From: an uncultured virus (IMG/VR IMGVR_UViG_3300011906_000001) | Taxonomy: Duplodnaviria > Heunggongvirae > Uroviricota > Caudoviricetes | Direction: 5' to 3' (one strand) | DNA length: 64,000 bases | Virus record (IMG/VR): IMGVR_UViG_3300011906_000001 | Span: 62,001 to 126,000 of that record | Shown: positions 31,372-41,923 of the stretch, in pieces | Position numbering within the stretch: position 1 is the first letter of the stretch | How the letters are laid out: the number at the start of each line of letters is the position of its first letter | Translations under genes and position numbers: made by a program | Notes under the pieces: model-generated | Told to the model about the DNA's origin: nothing | Database searches by the model: none | The model's input: only the letters and a program-made list of their open reading frames with translations

Positions 31372-32073
31372 ATGCCCCAGATTTCACCCCATGCCTTGAC
31401 TGCGATCACCCAGAGCCCTAGTCGACGCAGTCGTTCAGAATTGGTTCTTCGTGAACTGACATTTTCAAGTTACCCCCATGCCCTGCTAGGTAATCTGGCT
31501 ATTGCCATTGCAGAGCAAGCAGAATACGATGAAGCCGAGCTTCAATCAGTTGCTGCTCAATTTAGAGAAGCTGAAGACACCTACAGCATTTTGGATTTCA
31601 TTCGCTGTGTGGAACTTAAGCGCAATCTGAATGAGATTGTGATCATTATTAAGTCACTTAAGATCCAACTGGATAACGCGGTGATTGATGATGACAGAAA
31701 GCACCATGAATACATGGCGTCAGGAACAATTGAATTACCTTCTGCCGATTATCAATTCAAAGAACCTTTAAAGATTGCTGAATTGATGCTACGGGCGTTT
31801 TATCAGACCCAATCACGTAACAAGCGCTTTGATCCTTCTTTTGAAGCGTCAACATTAATCAGTCGAATGAAAACCCCATTGGTGTGTCCTCAGGGTGACC
31901 AACGTTCGTTTTCGTTTAACGATGAAGTGGTGTCGATGGATAAAGCGCTTGAAATGATGGTTGAGTCGTTGAATGAGCCTAAGTTTCAATTCATCATGAC
32001 CCACAATACCTTGTTCCTTCAAAACCAGAAGAAAAGGCTGTGGGGTTTGAATCGTCAAGCCAAGCATAAATGA
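31372..32073 (+). CDS. hypothetical protein
   Basis: 233-aa ORF ending at a bidirectional hairpin. Confidence 0.7.
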   Translation: MPQISPHALTAITQSPSRRSRSELVLRELTFSSYPHALLGNLAIAIAEQAEYDEAELQSVAAQFREAEDTYSILDFIRCVELKRNLNEIVIIIKSLKIQLDNAVIDDDRKHHEYMASGTIELPSADYQFKEPLKIAELMLRAFYQTQSRNKRFDPSFEASTLISRMKTPLVCPQGDQRSFSFNDEVVSMDKALEMMVESLNEPKFQFIMTHNTLFLQNQKKRLWGLNRQAKHK

Positions 32074-32107
32074 CATAAAGCCCTCCCCATTTCGGGGAGG
32101 GCTTATG
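32074..32107. terminator. bidirectional terminator hairpin
   Basis: CATAAAGCCCTCCCC/GGGGAGGGCTTATG between convergent genes. Confidence 0.75.
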
Positions 32108-32113
32108 CCGTTC

Positions 32114-34540
32114 TTAAATGACGGTTATAGAGCCGTTCTTGTTTAAGAGGTAACTCTTATTGTCATTTGGGTTTTTAACGCGCCTAGGGGCTCCATAGAC
32201 GCTCTGAGCGTTAACGCCAGGCAAGACCTTCCATGCGCCATCGGTATAACGATAAACAGTGTTAGACGCCGCATCGACTACGATGTCATATAACTGCCCT
32301 CCCACAAAGGTGACATTCTTAAACGTCGCTCCTGGTTGAGACGTAGCCAGATATCCATATTTCTTAGCCCCTTTAAACCGAGCTAAGTAGTCGTGGTCAT
32401 TGAGATCCACCACCATCTTGGTTGCAGGGTCCAACACCTGGTCATTCCATTGACTGGTCACCACCGTAAAGATATCGCCATTACGGACAACCTTTACTCG
32501 ACAGGATCGGTTTGACCATCCATCACCTGCGTTGCTTGCTTGAACCCCAATGTTAGCACTGGCTAAGATAACGGCCCCACCATAGGTTGCATTGTATTGG
32601 ATCGAATGTGACGCATCCGCAGGACTAATCCCTCCTCGATGAACAACCAGGCTTAAGGTCTGGATAACCGTACCTTCAATAGCGCACGCCAATACCACAC
32701 CAACGCCATCATCGTCGACACTGTTGGAAGTTAAGGTGACATCCAATTCATACCGCTCGACTTCTTCCTTGGAGATAAACCCTGTCCAACTGCTGGTATT
32801 CAGTGAGTTCACGGCCTGCTTTAGCGAGTTATCCCAATACCAAGCCGCTGTCTCTTCAGGATACGTCGACCCATTTGGGTAATACACCTTTCCTTGGAAT
32901 CGATCCCAGGTATCAAAGATCTCTTTAAGCCCAGGAGGGGTTAGCGACGCCATTGCAGCTTGTGCCTGAGCAAGGCTTGCATAGATAAAGCCTTGGGTTT
33001 GAGGCATCTCAAGGTTGCCTTGAGAAAAGGCTTTAAGCCGCTTTAAGTTCAATGGCATTTGGGAACTGTAGCGATGACCCAGATTGGAGTAGTTCTCATT
33101 GAGCTTACCGATCGCCTGTTCAAGCACGTCAATGTAGGTCGGACCCTTAAGACCCGCTTCTTTAAAAGCGGTTACTACATCAGCCAAACCAACCTTATCC
33201 TTCCAAACAGGTTGCTTGCGAGTAACCGGAAGAACCTTTTCATATTGGAAGGGTGAGGTGATCTTAACCTTGATGACGTCGCCATTGTTAACCGGGATAA
33301 AACTACCCGAACCCCCATACCAGATCAAGGTCGAACCATTGATCTCATCAAAGGCTAAAGACGCCAAAGGGTTATCATTTAATGTAATCACCCCAGCGAG
33401 GGTACCTAACCCTTCCCCTAGCAATTTAGCGTCCAAGCTTGTGTAGGCACTCCAATCGGTATCAATGCCCGTGATGGGATGGCCTTCTCCATCGAAGATC
33501 TCAATCAAATCCCCTGAGGCGATGGAATACACGAACTGATAGGTTTCAACATCTTGGTCTTTTAGCAGGGCCAACACGCGGATGGTCGTTTTCCCTGAAT
33601 CCAATTTGAAGGTAGGAAGATTGGCGTTGGTGTACTTATCAAAGGTAGCCACCACGACTTGACTTTCAGAACCCCCAGCTGAAACGTCTTCACTGTCAGC
33701 CATTCCATTATAAAGCGGGTGATCTCCATAGGTTCGTCTTAAGAACCCTACATTAACAGATGTGCGATCATAAGTGCCTGAAAAATAAGCCCCAAAGTTT
33801 CGAATCAGTTTATTAGCCGTTGAGAAGAATTGATTCTTACCGCCATTCGGGTAAGCCTGACTGATATCTGTTAGAACAGGACCATGGTCGGTGACCACAA
33901 TGATTCCACCGCCTTGCTCTCTGAATGTCTGGATGTCGTTTACACAGGCATCAGTGATCCAGGCAGTACCGTTAGACAATGACGACATGAGAAAGATACA
34001 GGCGTACTGATTAAGTTCGCTTAAGCGAGCATCCAAATAGCCTGAGGCATAATCAGTTCGGACTTTAAACGTAGGCGTGAACCCCGCCACGCTACAGATT
34101 TGAGTGAGACTTTTATTAAAATCACTACTCGCAGCACCCTTGAGATTGTACCCTTCACCGCTACCGGAATCGCCTAGGAACAATACCTTCTTGTTACCGG
34201 CTTTAACCTTATCTGGGTTGGCTACCCAGTTTAAGGCATTGTGTAAATATTTAAAACCGCCATTCAATTGACTGAATGAGGTGGGGGTAGACGCTGCGGC
34301 TTGAGTGTTATAAAACTTAGGGAACCCACCATCGTACACCACCTTCCCTCGACCATCTTGCGTAACGGCAATGAAGGGTTTAGGGGGGTTTAAGGTATCG
34401 TAGGCGATGTATTCTGAAATCGTAGGCTGTGCCCCATTTTCAGTGAAGTTGATGTATTCAACTTCAGGCGATAGGGTCAGCTTAACGACCTGAGGATCAA
34501 GGTAGGCTGACGGGGGAATGTTGGGCGTGACATTGGCCAT
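32114..34540 (-). CDS. large virion structural protein with a C-terminal lectin/beta-sandwich-like domain
   Basis: 808 aa; GGAG RBS; beta-rich C-terminus with DDDGVGVV. Confidence 0.6.
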   Translation of the reverse strand: MANVTPNIPPSAYLDPQVVKLTLSPEVEYINFTENGAQPTISEYIAYDTLNPPKPFIAVTQDGRGKVVYDGGFPKFYNTQAAASTPTSFSQLNGGFKYLHNALNWVANPDKVKAGNKKVLFLGDSGSGEGYNLKGAASSDFNKSLTQICSVAGFTPTFKVRTDYASGYLDARLSELNQYACIFLMSSLSNGTAWITDACVNDIQTFREQGGGIIVVTDHGPVLTDISQAYPNGGKNQFFSTANKLIRNFGAYFSGTYDRTSVNVGFLRRTYGDHPLYNGMADSEDVSAGGSESQVVVATFDKYTNANLPTFKLDSGKTTIRVLALLKDQDVETYQFVYSIASGDLIEIFDGEGHPITGIDTDWSAYTSLDAKLLGEGLGTLAGVITLNDNPLASLAFDEINGSTLIWYGGSGSFIPVNNGDVIKVKITSPFQYEKVLPVTRKQPVWKDKVGLADVVTAFKEAGLKGPTYIDVLEQAIGKLNENYSNLGHRYSSQMPLNLKRLKAFSQGNLEMPQTQGFIYASLAQAQAAMASLTPPGLKEIFDTWDRFQGKVYYPNGSTYPEETAAWYWDNSLKQAVNSLNTSSWTGFISKEEVERYELDVTLTSNSVDDDGVGVVLACAIEGTVIQTLSLVVHRGGISPADASHSIQYNATYGGAVILASANIGVQASNAGDGWSNRSCRVKVVRNGDIFTVVTSQWNDQVLDPATKMVVDLNDHDYLARFKGAKKYGYLATSQPGATFKNVTFVGGQLYDIVVDAASNTVYRYTDGAWKVLPGVNAQSVYGAPRRVKNPNDNKSYLLNKNGSITVI

Positions 34541-34551
34541 GAATCAACTCC

Positions 34552-34920
34552 TTATTTACTAACAGGACGCAATACTCGAAGCCAGTAGGTCACGGTGGCA
34601 TTATGGTAATTGCGAAGGGTTAGAATACCGTTGGCATCAATGCCATAACTTAAAAGCCCAACGGCATTAACCGCTTGTCCTTTAAAGGGGGATTCATTTT
34701 CTGGATCAATCACCTTAAGATCCACCACCGCCGTTTGAATGTGGTAATCGTTAATGGTTGTTCCTTTAGGCAATTTAGTCTTAAGGTCAACCGTAACGTT
34801 GGCTCCAGCCTCTAGGGTGTTATTAACCGCGTAGATCGTTGTACTGTCGACGGCTTTAACCAAGGAGGTGATTTTATTGATAAACGATTCAAAGCGACTT
34901 ACAAAAATGCGAGCAGACAT
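34552..34920 (-). CDS. putative virion protein
   Basis: 122 aa, co-oriented with the 808-aa gene. Confidence 0.6.
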   Translation of the reverse strand: MSARIFVSRFESFINKITSLVKAVDSTTIYAVNNTLEAGANVTVDLKTKLPKGTTINDYHIQTAVVDLKVIDPENESPFKGQAVNAVGLLSYGIDANGILTLRNYHNATVTYWLRVLRPVSK

Positions 34921-34956
34921 GGTAAGGTATCCTAAATGAGAAAAGGGAACCCAGGC

Positions 34957-37071
34957 TCACCAGTTAAGGTAAGCCGGAGCGTGGGACTTGATAGATGGGC
35001 TAACGCCAAAGGACTCTTGTGATAATTCAATGTCGTAGTCATCAAACCCTGATTGAAGCGTTTTAAACATCATGAGGTTATCGTCCATCTCAATTGATTC
35101 ATCATGGGCTTCAAGGCCTGGGATGTCTTCTAATTGGAAAGGCGAGGAGATGCCAAGGATGAGTTCAACCTGTTGCATGGACCATTGCAGGATCTCATTA
35201 GAGCGCGTTGAGATATTAGGAATATCCCCCGTATCTAAATACATCTGCCAGATCACCGTTTGAGAGTCTTGACCCAAGCGATGAATCCGACTGACCGCTT
35301 GTTCTAGAATGTAACTTCTAAACGGGGAGTTAATCAAGATCATGGTATCGGCCATGGTCAAAGGCACCGCCGTTGACAATGACTGGTAGGTTGCCGCCAA
35401 GGGATTGATGGCTTGATCCTTTTCAAACTTCGCAACCGATGACGTTAATTCAGAACTTGTCGCTCCATACACCAAGATGGGTTTAAGGCCTACGCCCCGA
35501 CACACTGTCTCAACTGCTTTCAAGGCTTCTACATACGAGGTGAAGACCACGGTTTTCTTCAAGCTGGTTTCAAGGATGTCCACGAAGTTAATATGCTGAA
35601 CCATGCTTAACGCACATTCAATCCGCATGCGACCTAATACCCGTCCCAAGCATTCTCCTTGAATCTTAAGCTTCACGTATTTGACGATGGACTTAATGTC
35701 CTTAAAGTCATTGCGGTATTGTTGAGGTAGGCTTGGGATCAACACCTTTTTCTCATAGGCGTTAGTGGCCCGAATTTCATCGCCACAATAGCGGGGGTCG
35801 GCTGTCTTGATGACGATCTTAAGGTTCCGGTAATACTCATCAAACTTGACTTGATCAGCTCGACCTTTAAAGGATTGCCTGTGCAGTTCGATGCATTTGT
35901 TAAAGAAGGCCTCATCTTGGCTTTTACGCGATTGATAATATTTAACGCGCTCAGCAATAAAGGCTTCCATCACCTTTCGAATCTCAGGCAAGGTAAAACG
36001 ATTGCCATCAGGCGTCTTAACGCCAATGGATTTGAAGATGGGATCTTGAAGCGTCAAGACTTTCTTTTCAATCACATACGCAATCAATCCCATGCGTTGT
36101 TTGACGATGTCCAAACCCTTAGAGGCTTCTTTGCCAAAGATCTTCTTAAAGCGTGCTTCAGCATCGGCGTTGAACAGTGGATCAACACAGCGAAGCAAGG
36201 GGATCAATTCAGAACCCATCGCCTTAATAGCCGTCCCCGAAGCCCACACTGTATCTTGTGAGTTAAGCCGCTTACAGAGCTCGATAAACAGTTGGGTTCT
36301 AAGCGATGAGATTTCGTTAAGGTTGTGCGACTCATCTAAAATCACACAGACCTTATTGCCTTTAAGTGTACCTTCCTTGGCCATGATGACCGCTTTATCA
36401 AGCGATTCATAATGGAAGATCGCGATGCGTTCGTTGTTGTATGGTTTGCCTTCTGCAAACACCCAGTTAGACTGAGGGGTTTTATAGGCTTTATTACGAA
36501 CAGTCGAGGCCCATACTTCAAACACGGCAATCTTAGGACTGACCACAACAATGAGGTCTGCTTCTAAGCATTCAGCGAGAGTTAGTCCCAACAGGGTTTT
36601 GCCTGTCCCAGGAGCAGCAGCTAAGAGATACCCTTTAAGCCCGTATTGATCAAGGGCTGTATTGTAGTGATCTAGGTATTCACGCTGGTGAGGCAAGGGT
36701 TGAAGCTTCATGTTCGACAGCTTTGAGAAATTCAACCGACCTTTGATATCAGGATTTGGCAGGGTATTGCGAAGGTAGGTGTTTTGAATAATCTCTTCAC
36801 GGATATTGTTAAGCACTCTAAGGGATGTCCAGGTCTTTCGAGACTGAATCATCACATCGAGCATGTACACAATGTCAGGGGCAAAGAAGCTGTTAAAACT
36901 TAACGTGCTTCTACCGACGGTATTAAATAAATTGATGTTGATTTTAGAGGTTTTCCAGATCTTACTGATGTCTCTTAACATGACATCGGCTGGAATGCCT
37001 TCAACGATAATCTCTTGGTTTTTCTCTTTAACTAAAACACTGCCAAAGGCACGACGGATACCTGAAAACAT
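34957..37071 (-). CDS. SNF2-like (SF2) helicase/ATPase
   Basis: AAPGTGKT (Walker A), ILDESHN (DExH), SGT, QAVSRIHRLGQ (motif VI). Confidence 0.9.
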   Translation of the reverse strand: MFSGIRRAFGSVLVKEKNQEIIVEGIPADVMLRDISKIWKTSKININLFNTVGRSTLSFNSFFAPDIVYMLDVMIQSRKTWTSLRVLNNIREEIIQNTYLRNTLPNPDIKGRLNFSKLSNMKLQPLPHQREYLDHYNTALDQYGLKGYLLAAAPGTGKTLLGLTLAECLEADLIVVVSPKIAVFEVWASTVRNKAYKTPQSNWVFAEGKPYNNERIAIFHYESLDKAVIMAKEGTLKGNKVCVILDESHNLNEISSLRTQLFIELCKRLNSQDTVWASGTAIKAMGSELIPLLRCVDPLFNADAEARFKKIFGKEASKGLDIVKQRMGLIAYVIEKKVLTLQDPIFKSIGVKTPDGNRFTLPEIRKVMEAFIAERVKYYQSRKSQDEAFFNKCIELHRQSFKGRADQVKFDEYYRNLKIVIKTADPRYCGDEIRATNAYEKKVLIPSLPQQYRNDFKDIKSIVKYVKLKIQGECLGRVLGRMRIECALSMVQHINFVDILETSLKKTVVFTSYVEALKAVETVCRGVGLKPILVYGATSSELTSSVAKFEKDQAINPLAATYQSLSTAVPLTMADTMILINSPFRSYILEQAVSRIHRLGQDSQTVIWQMYLDTGDIPNISTRSNEILQWSMQQVELILGISSPFQLEDIPGLEAHDESIEMDDNLMMFKTLQSGFDDYDIELSQESFGVSPSIKSHAPAYLNW

Positions 37072-37289
37072 GATGGTTAATCCAAATGAAGTTAATGCAA
37101 GCTATAGGATTTGCAAGGGCTTGCCTAACTCGACAATCCTATGATTTTGTTTTTTTCTGGGAATGATTATAATGTAGAGAGTCTTTATGCTAGAAGCACT
37201 TACATTCTGATTTAAGAATTTGGAATCGATCGCTTGATGAACAGGAAGTTGATCGACTCTATCAATCAACGCGATGGATGCAGTGAACT

Positions 37290-38189
37290 ATGATTGAATC
37301 ATTAATCATGTCAGACTATGGCGCTGACAGCGTGTTCAAAGGGTTAGAATTTGATCTAACGTACGGTGGTGATAACAATGGCAGTGGTGTCGTTGACATA
37401 CTGGGAAATAAATTATACACCGTTGGAGGCGGGTCCATAAGACCTGGGGTTTCGATTAATGACCAGCTGTGGGAATATGACTTACTGAGTAAGAAATGGA
37501 CCCAGCTTCAAAGCCCTATTATTGCAAGGCGTAACACCATAGGTGGGTTTCGGTCGAAAAGGCTCTATATCTACGGTGGACTTTATGAAGACGCCGATGG
37601 AAAGACTTACCGGACAGCCAGTTTGACGCGTTATAATCCAGAATCAAATTCCTGGTGGGAACGCGCACCTAATCGTGAGATTTATTGTCACGCCGGTTGT
37701 TTCGTAGATGGTTTATTATATTCTCATGGCGGTTATGACGGCGCTTATCAAAACTATCTAGACGTCTATAACCCATCCACGGATACCTGGACTGAACTCC
37801 CTCCTATAGGGTCGCCCAAATGTTACCATGCGGCCGCTGGCCTTAATGGGAAGTTTTATATCTCAGGGGGATGGGATCGAACAAACGTTCTAAAAGAATT
37901 CTTCGTGTTTGACCCAGCAACGGTTAAATGGGAACGATTAGCAGATCTTCCAGAACCTCGGCGGAATCACGGGCTTGTAGCGTACAATAACAAACTGTAC
38001 CTTGTAGGCGGCGCAGACGATGGCATTAAACATAAAGAGATTTTTGAATACACGCCTGAAACCAACACCTGGCGTTTAGCGGCTTATATGAAAACCCCTC
38101 ATGGTTACCCAGGACTTGTGGCGTTAGAAAATGGATTCTTAAGCTACAGTGGGGGTGGTCACGAAGGCATTCTCACTAAATACATGTAA
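37290..38189 (+). CDS. Kelch-repeat beta-propeller protein
   Basis: About 6 repeats of LY.xGG...Y[DN]P...W. Confidence 0.9.
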   Translation: MIESLIMSDYGADSVFKGLEFDLTYGGDNNGSGVVDILGNKLYTVGGGSIRPGVSINDQLWEYDLLSKKWTQLQSPIIARRNTIGGFRSKRLYIYGGLYEDADGKTYRTASLTRYNPESNSWWERAPNREIYCHAGCFVDGLLYSHGGYDGAYQNYLDVYNPSTDTWTELPPIGSPKCYHAAAGLNGKFYISGGWDRTNVLKEFFVFDPATVKWERLADLPEPRRNHGLVAYNNKLYLVGGADDGIKHKEIFEYTPETNTWRLAAYMKTPHGYPGLVALENGFLSYSGGGHEGILTKYM

Positions 38190-38200
38190 GGATATCCTCA

Positions 38201-39100
38201 ATGATTGAAGCGTATTTATTAAATTCAATAGTCCCTCATGAAGGACTAAATGGCTGGGGTGGGCTCTTCAGTGAAGGGGGTTCTTCAATGCATGCGCATG
38301 TAGGGGGCGTTATCGATGACAAGTTCTACATCACCACCGGGCGTGCTACTGATGATACCACTAACTTAAAAGATACATGGGTGTTTGATCCCATGGATAA
38401 TAGTTGGGAACGATTAAGAGATTGCCCTGTTTCACTCTACAGTGCCGCAGCAGCGGTTATTAACGGCAAGCTCTATGTGTACGGTGGTTCTAACAGCGAC
38501 GGACGACAATCGTCACTGTATACTTACGATCCAAAGACTGATCGGTGGGCTAGCTTAAAAGCTAACCGTACGCTCTATGCCCATGCGTGCTGTGAGTGTG
38601 ATGGAAAGTTGTATGCGGTTGCTGGCTATACCGGAAAATACACAACCATCCTAGATTGCTACGACCCTGAAACTGATACTTGGGAAGAACTACCCGATGT
38701 TCCTTTGCCTGCACGCAGTTATCATACAGCTGTTGGGTATAAAGGTGAGGTCTATGTGTTTGGTGGTAGTCCTGGGGGTTCGAGCACTCAGTACCTTAAG
38801 GATGCTTACTGCTATAACGTCGCCTCTAAAACTTGGCGTCGATTAGCGGATATGCCAAACCCTAGAGCCAGTATGGCCTCTGTCGTGTTTAAAGACAAGA
38901 TCTATTTACTCGGTGGGCGTAACATCAACTCTGAAACACCAGATTACAGCTTGATGGAATACGATCCAGTGTTAAATACCTGGACAGGGTTTGAAGACAC
39001 CCACATCAGGGCGTGGTATCCAGTGGCTGGAGTTATCAATGAAGCGGTTTATTTATATTCAGGCAGTCATAACCAGTTCAACATGCTGCGTTTTATTTAA
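38201..39100 (+). CDS. Kelch-repeat beta-propeller protein
   Basis: Repeated KLYVYGG/VYVFGG...YDP.T..W. Confidence 0.9.
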   Translation: MIEAYLLNSIVPHEGLNGWGGLFSEGGSSMHAHVGGVIDDKFYITTGRATDDTTNLKDTWVFDPMDNSWERLRDCPVSLYSAAAAVINGKLYVYGGSNSDGRQSSLYTYDPKTDRWASLKANRTLYAHACCECDGKLYAVAGYTGKYTTILDCYDPETDTWEELPDVPLPARSYHTAVGYKGEVYVFGGSPGGSSTQYLKDAYCYNVASKTWRRLADMPNPRASMASVVFKDKIYLLGGRNINSETPDYSLMEYDPVLNTWTGFEDTHIRAWYPVAGVINEAVYLYSGSHNQFNMLRFI

Positions 39101-39120
39101 CCCCTAAATGAGTTCTAGAT

Positions 39121-39499
39121 ATGTTAGAATCGATCGTTTCAGAACCATTTGTTCCCTTTCCTTTTACAAAAAAGTCGAAAGAGTTTAGCACCTTCTGATG
39201 CAACGGTTTCTTTGTTTGAAGCCTCTGTTGCAAGTTTAGGGGATGGTATTTACATCACGGGTGGTCAAGGTCGAGCGGGATATTTAAGAACCACTAATGT
39301 TTATTTTGATCCTGTGACTTTAACACTCACCCCTAAAGCGGCTTTACCCATTCAAAAACAACGACATGTGATTGAATTATTGCTAACGGAGTCGATTAAT
39401 CCTCTTCCGTTAAAAGGCGTGAATACACGCCTTGTTATTGGAGGCTCTGTAACGGGGTCTAAAAATGGCGCTTCTAATCAACTATGGATGATTGAATAA
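39121..39499 (+). pseudogene. degenerate or collapsed Kelch gene(s)
   Basis: ATG at 39121 gives MLESIV.. and stops at 39198; a single Kelch repeat (IYITGG..FDP) lies in the +1 frame, followed by a VIELLL pseudo-start and a Kelch-like end (VIGG..NQLW). Confidence 0.6.
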
Positions 39500-40113
39500 T
39501 GATCGAATCTTTACTGAGTAAAAGAGAAACCCGTTATTCCAAGGCTATTCGATTTGCAGCTTATTGTAATACCCCTAATGAAGGAACGAACAGCCATCAT
39601 TACGAGATCTTCTCAAACCAAGCTGTAACGATCGCGGATGGCGATAAGCTGGTTTATTCAATGTTCCCTCAGGGGCGAATATGTGCCACGGGAATTGATG
39701 CCTTCTGTTATAATCCTGATGGCACTGGATTTGCTAATTTAAGAGATTGGGGTTATGACTACAGAATCGATGTTGGTAGTTTGCCTAAACTGGTGGATCA
39801 ACATGGAATCACCTTACATGCCCAAGGGCCAGGAGTTGATTCCATTCCATTGAATCAATGGTATTATCGTGTAATCGATATTTCTCCAGCCTCGGGTAAG
39901 ATTATCAAGATGTGGGGACTCGTATTAGAAGGGGATTTGGTAGGTGACTACACCACCTATTTTAATCACATTCATATTCGAGACAAAAATGATAACCTTA
40001 AGGCATTGCTTTTCGGTGACCAACTAGAGGTCGTTCCTCTCTCCACTTATGATCAAGCAGGGACAGTCAATTACATCAACATTAGAAAAGATGTTGTACA
40101 ACTAAACCTTTGA
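39499..40113 (+). CDS. hypothetical beta-rich protein with MIESLL N-terminus
   Basis: Start overlaps the upstream stop; no Kelch repeats. Confidence 0.7.
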   Translation: MIESLLSKRETRYSKAIRFAAYCNTPNEGTNSHHYEIFSNQAVTIADGDKLVYSMFPQGRICATGIDAFCYNPDGTGFANLRDWGYDYRIDVGSLPKLVDQHGITLHAQGPGVDSIPLNQWYYRVIDISPASGKIIKMWGLVLEGDLVGDYTTYFNHIHIRDKNDNLKALLFGDQLEVVPLSTYDQAGTVNYINIRKDVVQLNL

Positions 40114-40124
40114 GTGTATTTATC

Positions 40125-41000
40125 ATGATCGAATTATTAACCATTCCAGATAGGGTAGTGATCCCAGATCCTGACATCCAATACAGTCAAATTGCAAGTG
40201 CTCCTTATGCGGTTTACCATGCAGCCCTGGGTAAGGTCAATGATAAACTGTACCAAATATCTGGCGTGAATCTCTCTAACGTTGCCGTTAATAACGTAAT
40301 CGAATATGACCCTACATTAAACAGATGGGTTAATAAACCGCCTTATCCCCATGCATTAAGCGTCCCCACTGCGTTTGGCTATGATGGACATCTCTATGTC
40401 TTGGGGGGCAGCGGAACAGATTTTCTTTATCGCCTCGATCCAAACGGAGGTGATTGGGTGCAAATGGCTTCAATGCCTAATATAGCCCCAGGTGATATGG
40501 TTCATGGTATTTATGACGGTAAACTCTATGCCGTAGGGAATAACAGATCACCTGGCATTTTTGTTTATGAGTTTAAAACAAATACGTGGGTTACCCTGCC
40601 TCAAGCGGTTTTGGATGACTATAACACACCGGCCTCTGTTCAGGTAGGGACCAAACTGTTCTATCTTCAACACATGTCGTTTAAATCGTACGACATGGCA
40701 ACCGATGCATTTGAAATACTGCCAAACTTCCAATTGACGACGTTCTACGGCGGAGACATGTTCTTCCATCAAGGATCGTTCTATGTAGTAGGGGGTTGGA
40801 ATGGAACGGGTATTAATAAAAACATCTACCAATACAACACCCGAACCCGCCAGTGGAAAGTTTATCTCACCAACGTCCCCTATGCACGTTATACCAACCA
40901 CATAGAGGACATCAATGGTGAGTATTACCTGATCGGTGGATCGCTCAATGGTGGGGCTGGTGGAGGCTCTGCTATCAATTATAAGCTTACCTTAAGTTAA
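40125..41000 (+). CDS. Kelch-repeat protein
   Basis: Start MIELL; LYVLGG, FYVVGG, YYLIGG repeats. Confidence 0.85.
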   Translation: MIELLTIPDRVVIPDPDIQYSQIASAPYAVYHAALGKVNDKLYQISGVNLSNVAVNNVIEYDPTLNRWVNKPPYPHALSVPTAFGYDGHLYVLGGSGTDFLYRLDPNGGDWVQMASMPNIAPGDMVHGIYDGKLYAVGNNRSPGIFVYEFKTNTWVTLPQAVLDDYNTPASVQVGTKLFYLQHMSFKSYDMATDAFEILPNFQLTTFYGGDMFFHQGSFYVVGGWNGTGINKNIYQYNTRTRQWKVYLTNVPYARYTNHIEDINGEYYLIGGSLNGGAGGGSAINYKLTLS

Positions 41001-41011
41001 GAGCATGCTTT

Positions 41012-41923
41012 ATGATCGAATCAATCTTAAGTTTATTCAAGCTTCTTGAACTTCAGGGTATTTTCAAACAGTTGACTAACCTACCCATCAAGCAACATGG
41101 TCATCGTGCCGATGCCTTGGGTAATCACATTTACGTCATGGGTGGCGCTACAACTGAAACGGTTGTACATAACCGTCTGTTCAGGTACACCCCTTCACTC
41201 GACCAATGGGTCGAGCTTACCCCAGCACCCTTTAAGGTCACCCACCATCAAAGCTGTGTGTATCAAGGCAAACTCTATTATCAGGGCGGTTACCACGAGG
41301 ATTTTAGTTTATCCAATAAACTCTTTGCCTACACCCCTGAGACAGACAGCTGGGAAATCCTTAATGATGGACCTAGCGTTATGCAGGGGGTCTTAGTCCC
41401 TTATCAGGATAAACTGTATCTGATCATGGGAGCTTATCAACCCGCTTTCGATTACCGAAATGAAATCCATGTGTATGACCTTAACACCAAACAGTGGACA
41501 ATGCTTCCTGATCCCGGTTGGGGTCCTGCGGGACGAGGCTATATTGGAACTTACCAAGAAGGTCGGTATGTGTACGTCACAGGAGGCTTTTCGATTGAAG
41601 GAGGGTTTTACAATGACTGCTGGGTCTATGACTTAGACTATCACACTTGGGACTCCCTCCCCAACCTTCCTCAGGACCTGTATAGCCATGGACTGATTCA
41701 ACACGGTTCATACCTCTACACTGCCGGAGGCTATGACGGTGATTCGGTCAGGCAGATGTACCGGTATCATCTTGAGAAGATGTATTGGGAACCTTTTGTT
41801 GTAGCCCCATATGGGAACCATACCACTCAATTTGTAAAGCTTGGTAACAAAGGGTATCTCATTGCAGGCCGTGAACAAGGGAGTTATGACCAAGGCGATG
41901 ATCAGGTCTGGGAGGTTATTTAA
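41012..41923 (+). CDS. Kelch-repeat protein
   Basis: IYVMGG, LYYQGG, VYVTGG, LYTAGG repeats. Confidence 0.9.
   Translation: MIESILSLFKLLELQGIFKQLTNLPIKQHGHRADALGNHIYVMGGATTETVVHNRLFRYTPSLDQWVELTPAPFKVTHHQSCVYQGKLYYQGGYHEDFSLSNKLFAYTPETDSWEILNDGPSVMQGVLVPYQDKLYLIMGAYQPAFDYRNEIHVYDLNTKQWTMLPDPGWGPAGRGYIGTYQEGRYVYVTGGFSIEGGFYNDCWVYDLDYHTWDSLPNLPQDLYSHGLIQHGSYLYTAGGYDGDSVRQMYRYHLEKMYWEPFVVAPYGNHTTQFVKLGNKGYLIAGREQGSYDQGDDQVWEVI

Noticed and set aside
39167..39174. Programmed -1 frameshift at A AAA AAG rescuing the broken Kelch gene
   Set aside because: The Kelch-coding frame is +1 relative to the ATG at 39121, so a -1 shift does not reach it.
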